From the NCBI GenBank assembly GCA_963833125.1, contig CAWHWX010000009.1, forward strand, positions 56,088-120,087: 64,000 nucleotides of DNA, in the 5' to 3' direction. The position numbers were made by a program, and so were the translations under genes. Of the stretch, positions 59,872 to 64,000 are shown in pieces. This DNA comes from Candidatus Bathyarchaeota archaeon (GTDB taxonomy: Archaea > Thermoproteota > Bathyarchaeia > 40CM-2-53-6). Position 1 is the first letter of the stretch; every line of letters starts with the position of its first letter. The notes under the pieces were generated by a model. That model searched no databases. It was not told where the DNA came from and was given only the letters and a program-made list of their open reading frames with translations.

Positions 59872-60215
59872 CCGCATTCGATATCATGGCAGTCGGAGGC
59901 CCACTACTAATCATCGTCGCGGACCTGGTCATCTACCTACTTGTCGGAAGACTTGGAAAGAGATCTTCTGGGACGGGGGGCAAATATCAACCATTCACGG
60001 GTGGTGAAGAAGAGGTCGCTCCGCGTGGCACATACAGCTCTGAACTGTTCGTTTACGCGACCCTCTTCATGATTGCAGAAGCTTTCGCTCTCTTACTCGC
60101 AGGGTCCTTTGCGGCCACGTCGTACTTCTACCCGCTACTCTTCTTGGCCGGTGGCTCTGGCGTAATTCTCATCGTAACTTGGTGGCTTATGATAGTCGGA
60201 GGCCTGAGACCATAA
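59868..60215 (+). CDS. NuoA-like membrane subunit
   Basis: TM, K..PFTGGE loop, YATLFMIAE, TM. Confidence 0.7.
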   Translation: MTAFDIMAVGGPLLIIVADLVIYLLVGRLGKRSSGTGGKYQPFTGGEEEVAPRGTYSSELFVYATLFMIAEAFALLLAGSFAATSYFYPLLFLAGGSGVILIVTWWLMIVGGLRP

Positions 60216-61187
60216 ATGCTTGCAACCCAACTCTTCGAAATCCTCCTTTTCCCGGGCCTAACATTTTTCGTTTGGATAGGATTCATCTTCGATTGGCTTG
60301 ACCGCAAAACAACAGCGCGCATGCAATCGCGAAGAGGCCCTATCCTAGCTGGACCCTTCGGAATCCTACAACCTGTCGCAGATTTCTTCAAGCTTACATC
60401 AAAAGAAGAGATTATTCCAGAGATAGCTGACAAATTCGTTTTCTTACTCGGTCCCTCACTTTTCTTTTCGGCACCTGCAATCGGAACTATCTTCATACCA
60501 GTGCTAGGAGCACAAGCGGCCGTCAGCAACGACTACGACCTGCTATTCGTTCTCTTCATACTTGGATTTTCCGCGCTCATGGCAACGATGCTGGGTTACG
60601 CGGCAGGTGGAAGGTGGTCAATAATTTCGATCGGACGTTTGGTGGTGCAGTATACTGCTTATGAAATACCATTAATCGTTGCTTTAGTTGCTCCAGCCCT
60701 TTTGGCCCGCAGCCTGTCGATCAGTGGCATTGTTGCCGCGCAACAGAATATTTGGTTCATAGTGTTGGCCCCCTTGAGTTTCTGTGTCTTCATCGTCGCA
60801 GCCTTAGCAGAATTGGAGAAACCCCCGTTCGATATTCCCAGCGCCAAGACGGAGATCGTTGGGGGCTGGATGACTGAATTCTCGGGCAGGCCCCTCGCCT
60901 ACATCAAGCTCACGAAAGAGTTGGGCTACGCTTTTCTTTCTGCGCTTGCTGTGAGCCTATTCCTCGGCGGCCCACTAGGCCCCGTACTTTTCGCTAACCC
61001 AATCCTTCAGAGCATTCTATACTTCATCTACTTCATGGTCAAATTATTTGCAGTAGGGTTCCTAATCTTCACGATAAAGACGGCCCTAGCGCGAGTCAGG
61101 ATCGACCAGGCCGCTCGATTGTTTTGGATGGTGGTTACACCATTGAGCCTGATTCAAGTCGCGTTAGTCATGGTGTTGAGGTGGTAA
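60216..61187 (+). CDS. NuoH-like membrane subunit
   Basis: DRKTTARMQSRRGP, LQPVADFFKL..KE, YEIP, LAELEKPPFD, ETE-like TEIVGG..TEFSG. Confidence 0.92.
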   Translation: MLATQLFEILLFPGLTFFVWIGFIFDWLDRKTTARMQSRRGPILAGPFGILQPVADFFKLTSKEEIIPEIADKFVFLLGPSLFFSAPAIGTIFIPVLGAQAAVSNDYDLLFVLFILGFSALMATMLGYAAGGRWSIISIGRLVVQYTAYEIPLIVALVAPALLARSLSISGIVAAQQNIWFIVLAPLSFCVFIVAALAELEKPPFDIPSAKTEIVGGWMTEFSGRPLAYIKLTKELGYAFLSALAVSLFLGGPLGPVLFANPILQSILYFIYFMVKLFAVGFLIFTIKTALARVRIDQAARLFWMVVTPLSLIQVALVMVLRW

Positions 61188-61190
61188 GGT

Positions 61191-61673
61191 TTGGCGACGG
61201 AAGTAGCGATACTCCTCTGCGCAGCTCTCCTAGTCACTATCATTGCCGCCATATTCTCGAAATCCATCTCAGTGACCATCATCATGTTGTTTTACGCGAG
61301 CCTCGTTCTCGGTGTTATTTTCACAATCTATCAGGGAGTTGTCATCGGCCTCCTACACATCATCATGTTTGCAGGCGCGATGTCTGTAATGCTACTTACC
61401 GTTGTATTGATGACGGGAGAATCGAAACTAGACATTGGCAATCGCACGCTCGCCGCACTTCTAGCAACTATTACGATCCTCATTGTCGGCGCGACATCCT
61501 ATTCACTCTACTCCGGTTCCTCATCCCTCCCACAATCGACGCCGCAGCCGACGGAAGGCATTCTTGCTTTCGTTTGGATGTTCAGGCCGTGGGACCTACT
61601 GATTCTAATCATCATTTTCGCAGCCGCAATGATCGGAGTGGTCAACCTACTTTCCAAGGAGAAAGCAACGTGA
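61191..61673 (+). CDS. NuoJ-like membrane subunit
   Basis: Hydrophobic; LHIIMFAGAMSVMLL; FAAAMIGVV. Confidence 0.7.
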   Translation: MATEVAILLCAALLVTIIAAIFSKSISVTIIMLFYASLVLGVIFTIYQGVVIGLLHIIMFAGAMSVMLLTVVLMTGESKLDIGNRTLAALLATITILIVGATSYSLYSGSSSLPQSTPQPTEGILAFVWMFRPWDLLILIIIFAAAMIGVVNLLSKEKAT

Positions 61674-61975
61674 TAACGGATCAGACGGTTTTCGCAACCG
61701 CAGCCACGATTCTATTCTTCCTAGGGCTCTTCTCCATGTTCTACTCACGGAATCTCCTGAAGACCATTATCTCCTTCCAAATCGTCGTGTTCGGGGCCAA
61801 TCTCGCCCTATTCTCATCAGGTCTCGGCCAAGCGTCCAACCTGGCCAACACACTCGTTCTCTTCTCCATAGTGGTCGGTGCAGGTGTGGAAGCAGTCGCC
61901 CTAGCTCTCATCATCCTAGTTCACAGAGCGTACGGAACACTGGACCCTTGGAAGATTAAGAGGCTTAGACATTGA
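61670..61975 (+). CDS. NuoK/MnhC-like membrane subunit
   Basis: LGLFSMFYSRNLLKTII, GAGVEAVALAL..RAYGTLD. Confidence 0.85.
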   Translation: MITDQTVFATAATILFFLGLFSMFYSRNLLKTIISFQIVVFGANLALFSSGLGQASNLANTLVLFSIVVGAGVEAVALALIILVHRAYGTLDPWKIKRLRH

Positions 61976-64000
61976 TCGACATCAATCAAATGGCGCTGCT
62001 AGGCACAGTGGGGCTACCATTTCTTGGCGCACCCATAATCGTCGCTCTTAGGAAGCATCCAAACGCGCGAGAATCAACCTCCCTCATTGTTTCGATCGGG
62101 ACATTCCTGTGTGCCGTATTCAATTTGCCACAGGTCTTCAACGGCCAAACCGTACCGGTCACAATAGCGGTCATGTCATCTTACCCCCAACTCCAACTTG
62201 TGCTATGGGCTGATGGCCTTGGGCTCATGTTCGCGAGTCTTGCCTCGTTTCTTTGGATCATCACAACGGTGTACTCAACGGGTTACATGCGCGGGTTGAA
62301 GGAGCACTCACAGACTCGTTACTTCGCATGCTTCGCGCTTGTAATCGGAGCGACAATGGGTGTCTCAGTTGCTGCAAATCTCCTAACTCTATTCATCTTC
62401 TACGAAATCCTCACAGTCACTACCTACCCACTCGTTGTCCACAGTCAAACTGAAGAGGCCTTCAGAGCCGGTCGCAAATATCTCGTCTACACACTCAGCG
62501 GAGGCGCCGCTGTCCTCGTCGGAATGCTTGCCCTGCTAGGCGCGGGAGGTGGGGCAGCGATCACGTTCATGCCTGGAGGAAACCAAACAGTTGGATCCAT
62601 CTCATTGGAATTCGCTAGGGTAGCCTTTCTGTTGCTCTTCGTTGGCTTCGGTGTGAAAGCCGCGCTCGTACCAGAACACGGTTGGTTGCCGAGCGCAATG
62701 ATAGCGCCCACACCCGTAAGCGGCCTGCTCCATGCGGTTGCAGTTGTGAACGCGGGAGTATTCGGCCTCCTCAGAGTGATGTTGTTTCTGTACGGACCGA
62801 ATTTGATGGGTTTGCTTGGGCTTCAGAATCTGGTGATAGCAGCGGCTGTCACAACCATCCTAGTTGGATCTCTATTCGCTCTGACGCAAGACAACTTCAA
62901 GTTGCGATTAGCTTATTCCACAATAAGCCAACTGAGCTACATCATTCTCGCAGCTGCCATCCTCTCTCCTCTCGGAGTCGGCATGGGTAGTGTAGCTGTG
63001 GTAGCCGCGGTCTTCCTAATGGTAGCCCACGCGTTTGGGAAACTTACGATGTTCTTCGTTGCGGGCGCCGTCTCGGTTGAAACTGGGAAGACGAAGGTCT
63101 CAGAGTTAGATGGGATTGGGAGAAAAATGCCCGTAACAATGTTCGCGTTCTTCCTAGCAACTTTGAGTATGGCGGGACTTCCTCCGTTAGCTGGGTTTGT
63201 TGGGAAATGGTATCTTTCGATGGGATTGTGGAACGGAGGATACTGGTGGATCCTCTTCGTACTCGTACTTTCTGCAGTGCTGAACCTCGCCTACTTCGCG
63301 CCAATCATCTTCCGAGCATTCCTTCGCCCCTTTGATGGCGCTAAAGGTGAAGCCCGCGGATTCCTACTCGGCCCCATCATAGCAACAGCGACCGGTACCC
63401 TCGCGCTAGGTGTTTGGACTACGATGCCCTACGGCCCGCTGGAGATAGCGAGCAGAGTTGCGGCAGCAGTTACTGGAGCAGGCATAGCAGTCACTGGAAA
63501 CTTTGTTGCCGGCGCGACTATTCCACCGTTCATTTTATTCCTCGTCGGCGGTCCAATAGTAGTCTGGCTCTTCAAAGGAAGAGCACGGCAGGCACTTCTC
63601 ATCACTCTCGCAGGCCTCGCCCTAATCGATACAGTCACCCTACCTCACGCAACCGAATGGATCTTGCATTTCATGGGCTACCAATTGGTTCTGATGAGAG
63701 TTGACAATTTATCCTATCTGATGGGAGTGATCTTTGCCACAATCACATTCTTGGCGGTGCTCTATGCAGCTGGATTCGCCAAACCTTGGATGCACATGTT
63801 TGCGATGTTGTACGCCGGAACGTCACTCGGTGTTGTGTTCGCAGGCGATTGGATCACTCTTCTAATTTTCTGGGAGCTCATGGCGGTTACATCGTTACTT
63901 CTCATCTGGGAAGCGCGAGGTGAGGCCGTTCAGGCTGGATACCGATACCTGCTCTTCCATGGCTTCGGAGGTGCGATGCTTACGGCCGGCATCACCCTAC
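61972..64000 (+). CDS. proton-translocating antiporter-like subunit: two MrpD/NuoM-type modules fused (3' partial)
   Basis: Single open frame to the window end; module 1 FYEILT, GVKAAL, WLPSAMIAPTPVSGLLH, RLAYSTISQ; module 2 from about 63520 PPFILF, AGDWITLLIFWELM, GYRYLLFH. Confidence 0.88.
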   Translation, partial: MIDINQMALLGTVGLPFLGAPIIVALRKHPNARESTSLIVSIGTFLCAVFNLPQVFNGQTVPVTIAVMSSYPQLQLVLWADGLGLMFASLASFLWIITTVYSTGYMRGLKEHSQTRYFACFALVIGATMGVSVAANLLTLFIFYEILTVTTYPLVVHSQTEEAFRAGRKYLVYTLSGGAAVLVGMLALLGAGGGAAITFMPGGNQTVGSISLEFARVAFLLLFVGFGVKAALVPEHGWLPSAMIAPTPVSGLLHAVAVVNAGVFGLLRVMLFLYGPNLMGLLGLQNLVIAAAVTTILVGSLFALTQDNFKLRLAYSTISQLSYIILAAAILSPLGVGMGSVAVVAAVFLMVAHAFGKLTMFFVAGAVSVETGKTKVSELDGIGRKMPVTMFAFFLATLSMAGLPPLAGFVGKWYLSMGLWNGGYWWILFVLVLSAVLNLAYFAPIIFRAFLRPFDGAKGEARGFLLGPIIATATGTLALGVWTTMPYGPLEIASRVAAAVTGAGIAVTGNFVAGATIPPFILFLVGGPIVVWLFKGRARQALLITLAGLALIDTVTLPHATEWILHFMGYQLVLMRVDNLSYLMGVIFATITFLAVLYAAGFAKPWMHMFAMLYAGTSLGVVFAGDWITLLIFWELMAVTSLLLIWEARGEAVQAGYRYLLFHGFGGAMLTAGITL

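Overview
64 kb of an archaeal chromosome, most likely TACK/Bathyarchaeia-like. This placement is inferred from a crenarchaeal-type single-OB SSB, a BHB-intron tRNA, F420-dependent enzymes, PEF-CTERM/CFI-box surface proteins and a group 4 [NiFe] hydrogenase. Most of the window is metabolic/housekeeping: GAPN, acyl-CoA ligase-acs-satP, malic enzyme, gnd, gluconate dehydratase, an ABC exporter. At least 15 genes are broken by single-base indels that look like long-read assembly errors rather than true pseudogenes. Highlights: (1) a complete clustered NHEJ system (Ku plus stand-alone LigD ligase, polymerase and phosphoesterase) with a DUF72 gene inside the Ku-ligase operon; (2) a tRNA-Ser(CGA) gene with two introns (30/31 and 37/38) isolating a 7-nt anticodon exon; (3) a complex I-like membrane [NiFe]-hydrogenase operon with its own maturation protease and two antiporter subunits fused in one ORF; (4) several microproteins below the ORF-track cutoff, including a 27-aa desulforedoxin-like CxxC...CC peptide; (5) enzymes with altered catalytic motifs (TrxR-fold protein without CxxC, SpeD-like proenzyme lacking ESH/WPE); (6) an orphan ParB-RHH fusion, an SSB with a (YGGGRGGG)6 tail, and a candidate structured sRNA. 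No CRISPR array, rRNA, integrase or transposase was seen. All assignments come from motif recognition only; no database searches were run.
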